DNA from: a virus
Strand: one strand, 5' to 3'
Virus record (IMG/VR): IMGVR_UViG_3300021961_000019
Length of the DNA stretch: 64,000 nt
A program made the translations under genes and the position numbers. This document shows positions 10,106 to 21,148 of the stretch, piece by piece; position 1 is the first letter of the stretch, and each line of letters begins with the position of its first letter. The notes beneath the pieces are model-generated. The model did not search any database. It was not told the DNA's origin and was given only the letters and a program-made list of their open reading frames with translations.

Positions 10106-10495
10106 ATGTATAGGTATTACATTAAAGAAATTATCAAAATTATTGATGGGGATTCCCTTATTGCTTTAGTCGATTTGGGATTTCATCTTTATCTAGAAAA
10201 GAATATTAGACTGATGGATATTGATAGTCCAGAGTTGAGGACACTAGATGAAGAAATGAAGGCATATGGTCTAAGATCTAAAGAAAAGCTGGAAGAATAT
10301 CTAACATCCGGTGATGGGAGAATTATTCTTGACAGCATAAGCAACAAAGACAAATATGGTAGGGTCTTGGGCAACCTTTACAAAGAAGGTAAAGACGTAA
10401 CAGCAAGTGAATACATGATTGCAAATGGTTATGCATGGCCTTATAGTGGTGGAAGTAAGGATGATGAGCGACTAGAAACACTTAAACCGCTATGA
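10106..10495 (+). CDS. thermonuclease (staphylococcal nuclease-like)
   Basis: IIDGDS, IRLMDIDSPE and DKYGRVLG motifs; likely start at ATG 10106 rather than 9980. Confidence 0.9.
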   Translation: MYRYYIKEIIKIIDGDSLIALVDLGFHLYLEKNIRLMDIDSPELRTLDEEMKAYGLRSKEKLEEYLTSGDGRIILDSISNKDKYGRVLGNLYKEGKDVTASEYMIANGYAWPYSGGSKDDERLETLKPL

Positions 10496-10854
10496 TTTTA
10501 GGACTCTTGGCATCACTTACAATCCCAATTAGTGGAGTTGTAACACAAGGAATAGGACCCAGACATCAAGCGATTGATATTGCTTGTAAAGTTGGGGATC
10601 CTGTGTATGCTGCTCATGATGGTGTTGGAAGTGGATCAAGATCTCACACTCACGGAAATACATTTATTCTAGTCAGGTCCGATGGCCTCCAGACAAGTTA
10701 CAGTCATCTTGATACGATGAAGTCATCTGGCACATATAAATCTGGAGATCAGATTGGGACTTGTGGAAATACTGGAACATGGTCAACTGGCCCACATTTA
10801 CATTTTGAAGCAACTCGTATTGAAGTTCTAAGCACACTTTACAGTCCTTATTGA
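10492..10854 (+). CDS. M23 family metallopeptidase
   Basis: HQAID, YSHL and STGPHLHFE zinc motifs; N-terminal hydrophobic signal. Confidence 0.9.
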   Translation: MILGLLASLTIPISGVVTQGIGPRHQAIDIACKVGDPVYAAHDGVGSGSRSHTHGNTFILVRSDGLQTSYSHLDTMKSSGTYKSGDQIGTCGNTGTWSTGPHLHFEATRIEVLSTLYSPY

Positions 10855-10863
10855 TTTTTTATT

Positions 10864-11121
10864 ATGCTTTATGTGTATCAATTGAATGAGAATACTATCA
10901 TAACCCATGACGGGCACATACAAACCGGAGTATACAAAAACTATACAGTAGAAAGATTTCTAAAATTGGTCAATAAAAATGAGACCCTTTATACAGAGTC
11001 TCATTGGATTCCTGATATTTTTATTCACAGATATAAAAGAGCTAATTTTCAAAACCACCTGAAAGTTGCAACCGTAGGATCAACTGATAATAGTTCTGAA
11101 CAAATAGACATTTTCCGATAA
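10864..11121 (+). CDS. hypothetical protein
   Basis: 85 aa ORF continuing the + strand unit. Confidence 0.55.
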   Translation: MLYVYQLNENTIITHDGHIQTGVYKNYTVERFLKLVNKNETLYTESHWIPDIFIHRYKRANFQNHLKVATVGSTDNSSEQIDIFR

Positions 11122-11123
11122 TA

Positions 11124-11333
11124 TCATTTCTCATACTTTTTCTTTTCCTCGATCCACCAATCGGGGTCTTTTTTTGTCTGCCACTTTGGTTCAGGAATTC
11201 CATGATCAAAGTACCATTCCGAAATTGCACTTTTAATTGTCTCTGCAGTTTCAATCAATGTCTTCCTCCTCATCAACATCTCCATATGCATTTTCCACAT
11301 ATGGTCCTCTGATTCGTTCTGGTTCATGTGCAA
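11124..11333 (-). CDS. small hypothetical protein (true start probably near 11257)
   Basis: EWYFDHG.PEPKW..KKDPDWW segment resembles small cyanophage proteins. Confidence 0.5.
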   Translation of the reverse strand: MHMNQNESEDHMWKMHMEMLMRRKTLIETAETIKSAISEWYFDHGIPEPKWQTKKDPDWWIEEKKKYEK

Positions 11334-11442
11334 CGTAGTTAACTTCTTTACTTGATTCTGACAACCATAATGCCAACTTCATCACAACAAAAATAACTGC
11401 CAATGGAAGAAAACAAAGAGATACTATAATTGCATTATTCAT
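11251..11442 (-). CDS. small membrane protein
   Basis: N-terminal TM helix and acidic tail. Confidence 0.6.
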   Translation of the reverse strand: MNNAIIVSLCFLPLAVIFVVMKLALWLSESSKEVNYVAHEPERIRGPYVENAYGDVDEEEDID

Positions 11443-11443
11443 C

Positions 11444-12064
11444 TTATGAACTCCAAAGATTTCCTTCCTCTATTCTTCTTCGCGAAAGTCCTGCTTCCAC
11501 AGAAGTGCCTGGGTTACGATACAGATACAAAGCATCTGGAACTTTGGACCACTCACGATTCTTAAGAACGCGGGTAATTGTTGAGAAATCTGGAGATCCA
11601 TAAAAATATGCTCCCAAATTGTAAGCAAAGGATAGTAGAGCACCCCTTTGATTATCATTCATTTCATTCCAATGTGGAATTCTTTCCAGATTGGGAAGAT
11701 ATTTTTTGAGCAGAGACTCATACAGCAGTGCATCTGCTTCCGCCTGAGTAATTTTCTCTCCAATCTTAAATGTTTCCCCATTCATTCGAACCGTACTTCC
11801 CCACCCAATCGTAATAGGAAGACCTCCAGTAAGAGGATCATAATAAGATTTTAAATGACACCCCTCAAACTTCTTAATAAGTTCTACACCTGCTTGAGGA
11901 AGTTTGTCACGATCCACTTGCTCCAATGTCACTTTATTTCTATAAATTTTTGCAAACTGTTCCAGAACTGCTGGATCAACATTTTCTTGCAAATAATCCC
12001 ATGCTGCAATCTGATGGTGCTTTTGTTCATACCAAAAGGCAGCATCTACAAATTTAATACTCAT
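11444..12064 (-). CDS. GH24 lysozyme (endolysin-like)
   Basis: KFEG...YYDP...TIGWG (E-D-T triad); QRGALLSFAYNLG; GLSRRR.EE. Confidence 0.9.
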   Translation of the reverse strand: MSIKFVDAAFWYEQKHHQIAAWDYLQENVDPAVLEQFAKIYRNKVTLEQVDRDKLPQAGVELIKKFEGCHLKSYYDPLTGGLPITIGWGSTVRMNGETFKIGEKITQAEADALLYESLLKKYLPNLERIPHWNEMNDNQRGALLSFAYNLGAYFYGSPDFSTITRVLKNREWSKVPDALYLYRNPGTSVEAGLSRRRIEEGNLWSS

Positions 12065-12747
12065 TTAAATAATCGCCCCCATCCTGTTTTGTTTGTTTTC
12101 TGTGTCAACCAACGATATTCTAACACACCTTTTGTATAGATTGTACGCTTTCCATTAGTCACCGGTCCAGTATATCCATCATTCATTGATCCATATGGAT
12201 CGTTGACAACATAATCGCCAGAAGGAGTTTTTCCAATCACCACACACATATGACCACCATAAGGTCTGGTTAAAGGACCACGATGAAGTATACCAATAAT
12301 TACAGGTCTTCCCTCAGACAACTCCCTATCCAAATCATCAAATCCCAGATTCTGAACAAATTTACTTTCTACACCATAAGATCTGAGAACTCTTTCCTGA
12401 ACGCCATGATCAGGAGAATCGCCAATAGCAAACACCTTCCGGAGATATGCATCATCTCCCTTTGGACCTTTTAGAGTTCCAGGTTTTAGAAACTCCAAGC
12501 ACATCGCAGAAGCAGAACTATTACACGTTCTATCAGCATCTCTATAATTGTCGGTTTGAGGGAAAAATGGCACATCCAAAATATCAGATTTTGGCTTTGA
12601 TCTATAGATGTCAATCCATTTTGCCCCCTCATCCAACAAATCAGGATACTTCTCTTTAAGGTCAACTTCCAGTTGCTCCACAGCAGATACGTGCTTTGGA
12701 TTTTTTGGATCATAAAACGTAAAAAAGTTGTGAAGATCTACTGACAT
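12061..12747 (-). CDS. C39-like cysteine peptidase
   Basis: FPQTDN...RTCNSS, GGHM.VV.G, VNDPYG (Q/C/H/D catalytic pattern). Confidence 0.85.
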   Translation of the reverse strand: MSVDLHNFFTFYDPKNPKHVSAVEQLEVDLKEKYPDLLDEGAKWIDIYRSKPKSDILDVPFFPQTDNYRDADRTCNSSASAMCLEFLKPGTLKGPKGDDAYLRKVFAIGDSPDHGVQERVLRSYGVESKFVQNLGFDDLDRELSEGRPVIIGILHRGPLTRPYGGHMCVVIGKTPSGDYVVNDPYGSMNDGYTGPVTNGKRTIYTKGVLEYRWLTQKTNKTGWGRLFK

Positions 12748-12771
12748 TATTTTATTATTTTATCATCTAGC

Positions 12772-14028
<1,257 letters not shown>

Positions 14029-14050
14029 TCAATTTCTCCTATAAACCATT

Positions 14051-14073
14051 AAAAAGGGGGGGATATACCCCCC
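14051..14073 (-). terminator. rho-independent terminator after the beta-barrel gene
   Basis: GGGGGG-TATAT-CCCCCC(C)-TTTTT on the minus strand. Confidence 0.75.
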
Positions 14074-14096
14074 ACATATAATCTATCTATAATCAA

Positions 14097-14651
14097 TCAG
14101 AAACGCCATGCAGCGCCAATGGTGGGGACAAGAGTAGATCCATTGCCAAGACCATATTTCAGATCTCCGAAGAGAACGACATTCTCAGCAATCTCTCTTT
14201 CAACACCACCCTGAACATATCCAACAGTAGCATCGCGACGAGTTAGGATTCCGCGCTCAGGGCAATATCCCCAACGGCAGCGCCCCTTCTCACGGAATGC
14301 AACACCACCACCAACATAAACGTTGGTCTTTTCAGCAACAGCGAAATCATAGGTGAGACCCATGGCCGCTTCACTATAGTCGGAGAATGTAATTTGTGGT
14401 CGGAAAGAAAGTGGAGCCTTAACATCCAGTTCACGAAGATCTAGTCTACCAAGAACAGATGGAGCAGCACCTTGACCATTCACACCAATAGCAACGCCAG
14501 CACCAGCATATGATCCACGCAGACCCTTCTCAGGGGCAGCAGCAGGAACTACCTCAGCTGCAGGAGCAGCTGGGGCAGGGGCAACGTCTTGTGCAAGAGT
14601 TGGAGCAGCGAATCCAAAAATGGCAGCTACAGCAAACAGTTTTGTAAGCAT
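14097..14651 (-). CDS. outer-membrane beta-barrel protein
   Basis: Signal peptide, Pro/Ala linker, alternating amphipathic strands, C-terminal aromatic motif GAAWRF. Confidence 0.8.
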   Translation of the reverse strand: MLTKLFAVAAIFGFAAPTLAQDVAPAPAAPAAEVVPAAAPEKGLRGSYAGAGVAIGVNGQGAAPSVLGRLDLRELDVKAPLSFRPQITFSDYSEAAMGLTYDFAVAEKTNVYVGGGVAFREKGRCRWGYCPERGILTRRDATVGYVQGGVEREIAENVVLFGDLKYGLGNGSTLVPTIGAAWRF

Positions 14652-14679
14652 ATTAACTCCTAAGATAATGTACGAAGTT

Positions 14680-14687
14680 TATTTATA
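14680..14687 (-). promoter_or_regulatory. T4-type late promoter TATAAATA
   Basis: Exact consensus about 29 nt upstream of the beta-barrel ATG. Confidence 0.75.
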
Positions 14688-14734
14688 GGTTCAAATTGAA
14701 CCCCCAATATATTACCCCAATAGGTATTAATACG

Positions 14735-15535
14735 TCAAGTTTGTTGTGCCATTTGTGATGGTTCTGTGACACGTCCCAAGAATGGGTTATAGTCCATCAA
14801 CTTAGCAACATCTGTCTGAGCACCCATTTGAGTCCAATAGTTCAACAAACCGTCATGAGACTGGCGATGGAATGCATTAATATGCTCTGGGTGAATGGAC
14901 GATCCTAATTCAATCTTATAGAGGAACAATGGAATGCTATAAGTGTTTCCCGAATTGTATAGCAAGTCATCTGCTACGGCACGCGGCTTCACACCATTAT
15001 CCAGCTTAAACTTATCCCCTCGAACATGAAGTCTCAACATCTTTTCAGCATGATGCCGTGTGATTGCATAACATGCCGTTGAGAAGTCATTTACAAATCT
15101 CTTGTGAAGATGTACATGCAGATCTCCGGTGCAGATGATTGCCAACTGAAGAACATCCCAATCATAAGGAACTCTAGAGATTACATCTGCCCAGGTGAAA
15201 TTCCAGTATCTAGCGATGTCAATATTACAATCATCCTCCATAATGATTGCATAGGGACTATCAGAAGTTTCATACCAATGCTTAATCGCTTTCAGGTGTG
15301 ATGTGACACATCCAATCTCACCTGAAGACACTGCTTCTGGATATCTACCCTTAATAATATCACTCAAATCATCGTCTCTACCATCATATGCGGAGATTCT
15401 TGTATAATTCTCCAGTTCCCAATATTTGAACTGGTCCTCCATATACTCCCAACGTTCCGGTTGCCCGTCAAGATTGATCAAATAAACGGGACCAAAGTTG
15501 CGCAATTTATATGTTGATTTGTTTTTATCCATCAC
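14735..15535 (-). CDS. glycosyltransferase family 25
   Basis: VYLINLD...ER; EIGCVTSHL; IIMEDD. Confidence 0.85.
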   Translation of the reverse strand: MMDKNKSTYKLRNFGPVYLINLDGQPERWEYMEDQFKYWELENYTRISAYDGRDDDLSDIIKGRYPEAVSSGEIGCVTSHLKAIKHWYETSDSPYAIIMEDDCNIDIARYWNFTWADVISRVPYDWDVLQLAIICTGDLHVHLHKRFVNDFSTACYAITRHHAEKMLRLHVRGDKFKLDNGVKPRAVADDLLYNSGNTYSIPLFLYKIELGSSIHPEHINAFHRQSHDGLLNYWTQMGAQTDVAKLMDYNPFLGRVTEPSQMAQQT

Positions 15536-16245
15536 AAAGTCCTCAGAATATTATCCAGAAGTTTCATTTTTTGATTATATAGTTCAACTTTACCATCCCA
15601 CAATGACCCACCTCTAAAGTGAAGGAACTTTCCATCAAGGAAATGTTCCATATTATTAAGTTCAATTCCGCGATATGTTCCACCAAATGTTGGTTGAATG
15701 TCCTTTATGCACCAGTTATTTTCCTTAAGGAAGTAATATGTATGTCCTCCACTATCACACATTTCACCTTCAATATTTCCAAGGTTGAAATCTAGGTTTC
15801 CCTTCAGTTGCATTACCTTCTTCATATCAAAGAACATAATACCATTCCAGATATACTTGACATGACCTCTTGTGGATAGACCAGCACAAATCGGATAGTC
15901 TTCCATAATCTCATATGGATCAAATGATTCCATTAAGAACATGTCAGAATCTAGGAAAAGAACCAAGTCATCCTGACATTCTTTAGTAATGATATTGTCC
16001 CAAGTCCACTGGATTACACTATCGGTAGATGGAGACCCCACAGTAGGATTTCTATGTGGATATGGAATATATTTTACACGCTGATCTCTTGCAATATTCT
16101 GAAGTCCGAAAATAACTTCCTCTTCTTTTGCATCATCCAATACACAAAATTCATAATCACATTTCAGAAATCTCTGAAAATTAACTGCCTGAACAAGCAA
16201 AAAATATGGATTATTTACTGCCGCAGTAAAAATTTTAAACATCAA
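15532..16245 (-). CDS. putative GT-A fold glycosyltransferase
   Basis: LFLDSDMF DxD motif, WNGIMFFD, FLHFRGG. Confidence 0.6.
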   Translation of the reverse strand: MMFKIFTAAVNNPYFLLVQAVNFQRFLKCDYEFCVLDDAKEEEVIFGLQNIARDQRVKYIPYPHRNPTVGSPSTDSVIQWTWDNIITKECQDDLVLFLDSDMFLMESFDPYEIMEDYPICAGLSTRGHVKYIWNGIMFFDMKKVMQLKGNLDFNLGNIEGEMCDSGGHTYYFLKENNWCIKDIQPTFGGTYRGIELNNMEHFLDGKFLHFRGGSLWDGKVELYNQKMKLLDNILRTL

Positions 16246-16961
16246 ACTTTCCTCAAAACAACTTGATATTCATCCATGGCAATGTAGAATCCATTTTCTA
16301 GGAAATATGGAATGGAATACTTTGCCTTTCCATATTCACTCTTCTCATCCTGCCGCTGTGCCTGAACATTGCGAACATCATCAATCAGTATAATACCATT
16401 CTCACTAATCAGATCACGTTCTACAATAATCTTAGCCTCCCGCAATTGCAACTGAGCAGTATATTCAATCGGGGTCATATCTCCAGTGTCAATATAGAGG
16501 AAATCAATCTGCCCCTCACCACTTTCAAGAAATTCTTCAGAACTTACATGATAAAACTCAATATTATCAAGACCAGACACCATCCTCTGAGACCTAAGAA
16601 GATGTGCATTCTCAAGATCAATGGAGATTAGTTCAATATCTGTTCCTTGAATCAATTCACCAAACACTCTTGTGAAACATCCGGCACTCCAATCCCACAC
16701 GTCTGGATTTTCCGGTTGCCAATATTTCGGATCATCTTCATTACATCCAGGATACTTTCCGTCAACAAAACTCCTAGATGTTCCCATCTCAACAATGAGA
16801 TTAAACTTACGCTTCAGAAATTCCGTCCAACAATACTTAAAAGTATCATAACGAAGTTTGGGAAGTCTACCGAAATGTCCAAGTATTTCTTCATCGGAAT
16901 AATATCCGGACATACAATTGTCCATGTATTCCTTATATCTCTCAAGAGCATCATGACTCAT
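16242..16961 (-). CDS. class I SAM-dependent methyltransferase (Methyltransf_24-like)
   Basis: IVEMGT, ISID, IDFLYIDT, GIILIDD; likely start at MSHDAL. Confidence 0.75.
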   Translation of the reverse strand: MSHDALERYKEYMDNCMSGYYSDEEILGHFGRLPKLRYDTFKYCWTEFLKRKFNLIVEMGTSRSFVDGKYPGCNEDDPKYWQPENPDVWDWSAGCFTRVFGELIQGTDIELISIDLENAHLLRSQRMVSGLDNIEFYHVSSEEFLESGEGQIDFLYIDTGDMTPIEYTAQLQLREAKIIVERDLISENGIILIDDVRNVQAQRQDEKSEYGKAKYSIPYFLENGFYIAMDEYQVVLRKV

Positions 16962-17979
16962 AGATTCGTCTCCACTGATCAAGTGTTTTCATGGAATGTT
17001 CTTCTGCACATTCCTTTATTATAGCACAAATTTCATCTTTATTGTCGTTGATGATTTCAATACACTCTTTGATTTGTGAATGGTCATCAAAGTAGACAGC
17101 ATATTTAGAATAGTATTCATTATACCATTCAACCATACTAACAGTATCCTTAGTAACTCCCGTACTAAAAAAGTATCTTGGCATTCTTGACATCTTGAAA
17201 AAATACTCTTCACTTGGAAGTATTACCGGCATATTCATTTGCATCAATTCAAATGCCGTGAACTTTGAATATGCATCTGGATGCATTAGGAAACATGTAA
17301 AATTTTCAGTAATGGTTTTTAATTCTTGAGGTCCACGATATTTGGCATGATGTGCAGTAAGTCCCTGCTCTTCACATATCAGTTTACTATCCTGAAAGAT
17401 GTTGTCGTTGTGATATCTAGAAACTAGAATATCTCCTTTCATATCACCATCTTTTAGATCATGATCCCCACTAAACCCAACCAGATTATCAACAGTATCT
17501 TTATCTGATAGAGCATCTTCAATCGTTTTTCCTATCGGTCTAACAGTTTCATGGTCACAATAGATGTTGTACTGTGCCATCCAAACTCTTTCAAATTCAG
17601 TGTATGGAATGACCTTTACGCGATCAAGATCCAATGCTTGCCTAAACAGATTATAATATTCGGCATCACCGTGCATATCATAATCAAATCTATTGGAAAC
17701 CCAAATATTTAATTTTCCATGAAACTCATCAAAGTTTTGAAGAAAGATTCTTGAGATGGGTGCAGTATCACTTGTGGTGATAAAATCAAATTGATTAAAA
17801 TAATCCTTATGTTCTTCCCAAATTTGGTTTGCCAAATCTTTGGTCATCTTGTAAGAATCATACGGAAGCACACCATCCCAATGAGAAAATTGAGACTCCA
17901 ATTCAAATCCCAATTGTTTAACAACATATTGATGATCCTTTAGGCAACCATAATGATGTGATAAATGCAGAACCCTCAT
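16951..17979 (-). CDS. putative GT-B fold glycosyltransferase
   Basis: 342 aa; located in the glycan island; similarity is by fold pattern only. Confidence 0.5.
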   Translation of the reverse strand: MRVLHLSHHYGCLKDHQYVVKQLGFELESQFSHWDGVLPYDSYKMTKDLANQIWEEHKDYFNQFDFITTSDTAPISRIFLQNFDEFHGKLNIWVSNRFDYDMHGDAEYYNLFRQALDLDRVKVIPYTEFERVWMAQYNIYCDHETVRPIGKTIEDALSDKDTVDNLVGFSGDHDLKDGDMKGDILVSRYHNDNIFQDSKLICEEQGLTAHHAKYRGPQELKTITENFTCFLMHPDAYSKFTAFELMQMNMPVILPSEEYFFKMSRMPRYFFSTGVTKDTVSMVEWYNEYYSKYAVYFDDHSQIKECIEIINDNKDEICAIIKECAEEHSMKTLDQWRRIYES

Positions 17980-18923
17980 AATACTCTAAACATATCCTGA
18001 ATACGATTTACATATGTGTGATGATCACGAACAAAATTCATTGCATCGCGCAATTTAGATTCTGTACAATTTCTTGAATCTTCTACAAGACGATCATAGA
18101 GTACCTCCAGATCTGAATGACATGTGAAGTGTGTTCCAAAAACGTCTTCAATTCCTTCATGATTCGATCCTGTCCATCTACCGTAACTAATGTTTTTAAA
18201 CAATCTACATGGATAATACCTACCCATTCTCAAATGAGGTTCATCCCGAATATCTACAGAGATATATGATCTCCTCACTAAATCAATGTTCGTATTGATG
18301 TCAAATTCAACATTCGAATTTATTGCTTGCCATCCCCCCACATTCACAAAAAACTTTCCATTTTTATTGCAAATTTGTTCAAACTGTTTAATATTTACAC
18401 CTTGAGGAGTTCCAACAAAGTAAATTTCATTTACACTCTCATCAAATAATTGTGGTTCAATCTGATCAATCTCATCAGGAAGAAGATCTGTTGCCCACAT
18501 TGTAGTCAACGTCTTTGTCCTCTCATGAAAATAATGATGCTGACCAAGATATTCTACTTCCATATCATGAGGCCACTTAGAATTCCATTCCGGAACCCAG
18601 CGATCAGAAAAGAAAACAAAATTATAATAATGCGGATGAGTTAATCTTGCTCCCGTTTGATTCCCAGTCAACTCAAAAGGACGATCTGAGAAGTGATCAA
18701 AATATACACAATCAGGTCTGATTGGCATCTTCTTACACACATTGGTCTCTGTGATGAATACAGTGTCAGAAAAATCAACACTACTTACATCATCATTATC
18801 ATCAAACCATTCAGTCTCATATCCAAGTTCCTGAAGTGCTCTCCAGTATCCAAAGTGAACATAAGAGTGTGTATGGGTTCCGATCTTGTGTCCCCATACA
18901 ACTGCTTTCTTAAATGTTTTCAC
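17976..18923 (-). CDS. putative glycosyltransferase (YkvP/CgeB-like C-terminus)
   Basis: IYFVGT, RLFKNISYG, HTYVNRIQ C-terminal motif. Confidence 0.6.
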   Translation of the reverse strand: MKTFKKAVVWGHKIGTHTHSYVHFGYWRALQELGYETEWFDDNDDVSSVDFSDTVFITETNVCKKMPIRPDCVYFDHFSDRPFELTGNQTGARLTHPHYYNFVFFSDRWVPEWNSKWPHDMEVEYLGQHHYFHERTKTLTTMWATDLLPDEIDQIEPQLFDESVNEIYFVGTPQGVNIKQFEQICNKNGKFFVNVGGWQAINSNVEFDINTNIDLVRRSYISVDIRDEPHLRMGRYYPCRLFKNISYGRWTGSNHEGIEDVFGTHFTCHSDLEVLYDRLVEDSRNCTESKLRDAMNFVRDHHTYVNRIQDMFRVL

Positions 18924-19833
18924 TCAACCAATCTCCCAATCTGATAGTAGGTTCCCAACCAAAGTCATTCTTAATTTTAGTAATGTCTGCTCTAGAATGC
19001 AACACTTCACCCAGTCTTGGGGGAAGGTGAATTTGATAATCAGAAATCATTCTGGCAATATGCTCAATCGCTATGGATTCTCCAGTTCCAACATTATAAA
19101 CACCACCATACTTGTCTAAAGTAACAGTCGCCGCCTGAAGATTTGCTCTGACAACATCAACGACATTTACAAAATCTCTTGTCTGGAACCCCTCTCCGAC
19201 AATTGTTAATGGTTTACCTTCTTCTTTCTGTCTCCTAAAAATTCCCATCACCGGAGCATATTGACCCTGAGATGGTTGACGATTTCCATATACGTTAAAA
19301 TAACGGAAAGTAATTGTCTCCATTCCGTATAGTTCATAATACATTTTGCATAGTTGCTCTCCAGTATATTTGGAGATAGAATATGTATTAAAACAATCTG
19401 TAGTATTTGTCTCCACACTTGGAAGGAAGAGACTGTTGCCATAAACAGCAGAAGTTGAGGAGAATACGAATCTTTTTACACCATGAGAACGTGATGCTTC
19501 CAGAGCATTAGTTGTCGATAGAATATTATTTCGCATCGACTCATTTGGATATTCGACGCAATATTGAATAGACACCTCGGATGCCATATGATAAACACAA
19601 TCAACACCTTCAAACAGATGTTGAACCTTATCATATTCTGTCAGGTCTTCTACAAAGTAAGTGGCATTCCTATTAAAATGCGGAGTTCCTTTAGATGATA
19701 AATTGTCTACAACAACAACCTCATGTCCACAATCAACAAGAAGATCTACAAGATTTGATCCAATAAATCCACACCCACCAGTCACCAACGTTTTCAGTTT
19801 TAATTCCATTAATTTGTCCTCAAAGGCAACCAA
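18910..19833 (-). CDS. NAD-dependent epimerase/dehydratase (UDP-glucose 4-epimerase-like)
   Basis: TGGCGFIGS, SSTSAVYG, YSISK, RYFNVYG. Confidence 0.9.
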   Translation of the reverse strand: MVAFEDKLMELKLKTLVTGGCGFIGSNLVDLLVDCGHEVVVVDNLSSKGTPHFNRNATYFVEDLTEYDKVQHLFEGVDCVYHMASEVSIQYCVEYPNESMRNNILSTTNALEASRSHGVKRFVFSSTSAVYGNSLFLPSVETNTTDCFNTYSISKYTGEQLCKMYYELYGMETITFRYFNVYGNRQPSQGQYAPVMGIFRRQKEEGKPLTIVGEGFQTRDFVNVVDVVRANLQAATVTLDKYGGVYNVGTGESIAIEHIARMISDYQIHLPPRLGEVLHSRADITKIKNDFGWEPTIRLGDWLSENI

Positions 19834-20447
19834 TATCTCTTATTAAACATATAACATTCATCTGTCGGATAAGATGTCAATTTTTGTTTCGTTGCTTCCA
19901 AAGAACTTGTTTGGAAGAACATAGGATCATCTACGGAATATACATTAAAATATTTTTGCACCTCAGCAAATCCAATATCATGATGATCTTCAATTTGATA
20001 TCCATGCTCAGCAATTCTCTTGCACAGAGAAGTGTAATCCTTCGAAAGATACACTATGGCATGAGCACCAACCATATTATAGATCCTGAGCAGGTTCTTG
20101 TCAATCCTATCATACTGGTTGAATGGTCCAGAATGAGAATTCATCCTACCCCAAGATGAGACACCAAGATACAACGCATCAGCATCGTCGGGAATTTCAA
20201 TCTCTTCACGGAAAAAGAGTGGAACACAATCATCCTCCAGCAAAATAAATGGAGGTTCAATCATACCAAGTGCTTCGGCATGAGAATATGCACAACCCGC
20301 CTTTCCAATTTCAGTCTCCTTTCCAGGAACTCTAGTCACATTCTTGAAACATAAGGCACTAAGAAAATGCTCAAGTCTCATTCTCCGCTCAAGATCTCTG
20401 TCAAGATTGATGTAGAGAACTGGAAGATCTGTCAACTTTAATTTCAT
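19809..20447 (-). CDS. glycosyltransferase family 25-like
   Basis: LYINLDRD.ERR, GCAYSH, LLEDD. Confidence 0.75.
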   Translation of the reverse strand: MKLKLTDLPVLYINLDRDLERRMRLEHFLSALCFKNVTRVPGKETEIGKAGCAYSHAEALGMIEPPFILLEDDCVPLFFREEIEIPDDADALYLGVSSWGRMNSHSGPFNQYDRIDKNLLRIYNMVGAHAIVYLSKDYTSLCKRIAEHGYQIEDHHDIGFAEVQKYFNVYSVDDPMFFQTSSLEATKQKLTSYPTDECYMFNKRYWLPLRTN

Positions 20448-21148
20448 GTTCTCAACTCCTTATGATTTTTCTGAAGTGCGATGATTTTTGGTTCGTATGG
20501 ATAGTTTGGATTATTGTAGAATTCTTCTGCCCAACAGTATGATGGTGTCAGACTTTTTGCTGGAGGATTGTCGATCAAATAACGATTCATATGTGACTCA
20601 TCGTGCCAGAGAGCAACCACACCATTCTCAAGATCCTTATTTACTCTGTCAGCGATCACTTCAGACATTTCAATAAACTCTTTGGTTCTTCCACCATTAA
20701 ATCCACCGGCATAATAAGTTTTTCCTGTGCCAGGTGGAACATACGCAAGAGACTTTGGATTCCTATCATAAGACATATCCATAATGCTATGAAATGATTG
20801 ATAGGGATGTTGAGTGGCAACTACGCCATCAGCAAGAACTTCTGTTCCCACTGGATTATCAATCCTCATGTCAGCATCAAAGTAGAAGCAATAATCATGC
20901 TGAAGAATATAATCCCTTTCCTTTACGAAGTAATTATACCTCTTTAAAGTTGGCATTGGCCAAGGTTCATGATCGATATAATGAACACGAACATTATCAG
21001 ATGTTTCCTCAATTTCGTGATCAGTAAAAAGCAGACAATTTATCTCTGCTTCTGGAATAAACTTTTCCGCAATATCATCATAAAGTTTTTCAACAAATTG
21101 CAAGTATTTGTTAGTTGCAATTGTAAGGATGCAAATTTTCATAATCAA
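20444..21148 (-). CDS. glycosyltransferase family 6 (ABO-like alpha-1,3-Gal/GalNAc transferase)
   Basis: IATNKY, FDADM, YYAGGFNGG, WHDESHMNRY. Confidence 0.92.
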   Translation of the reverse strand: MIMKICILTIATNKYLQFVEKLYDDIAEKFIPEAEINCLLFTDHEIEETSDNVRVHYIDHEPWPMPTLKRYNYFVKERDYILQHDYCFYFDADMRIDNPVGTEVLADGVVATQHPYQSFHSIMDMSYDRNPKSLAYVPPGTGKTYYAGGFNGGRTKEFIEMSEVIADRVNKDLENGVVALWHDESHMNRYLIDNPPAKSLTPSYCWAEEFYNNPNYPYEPKIIALQKNHKELRT

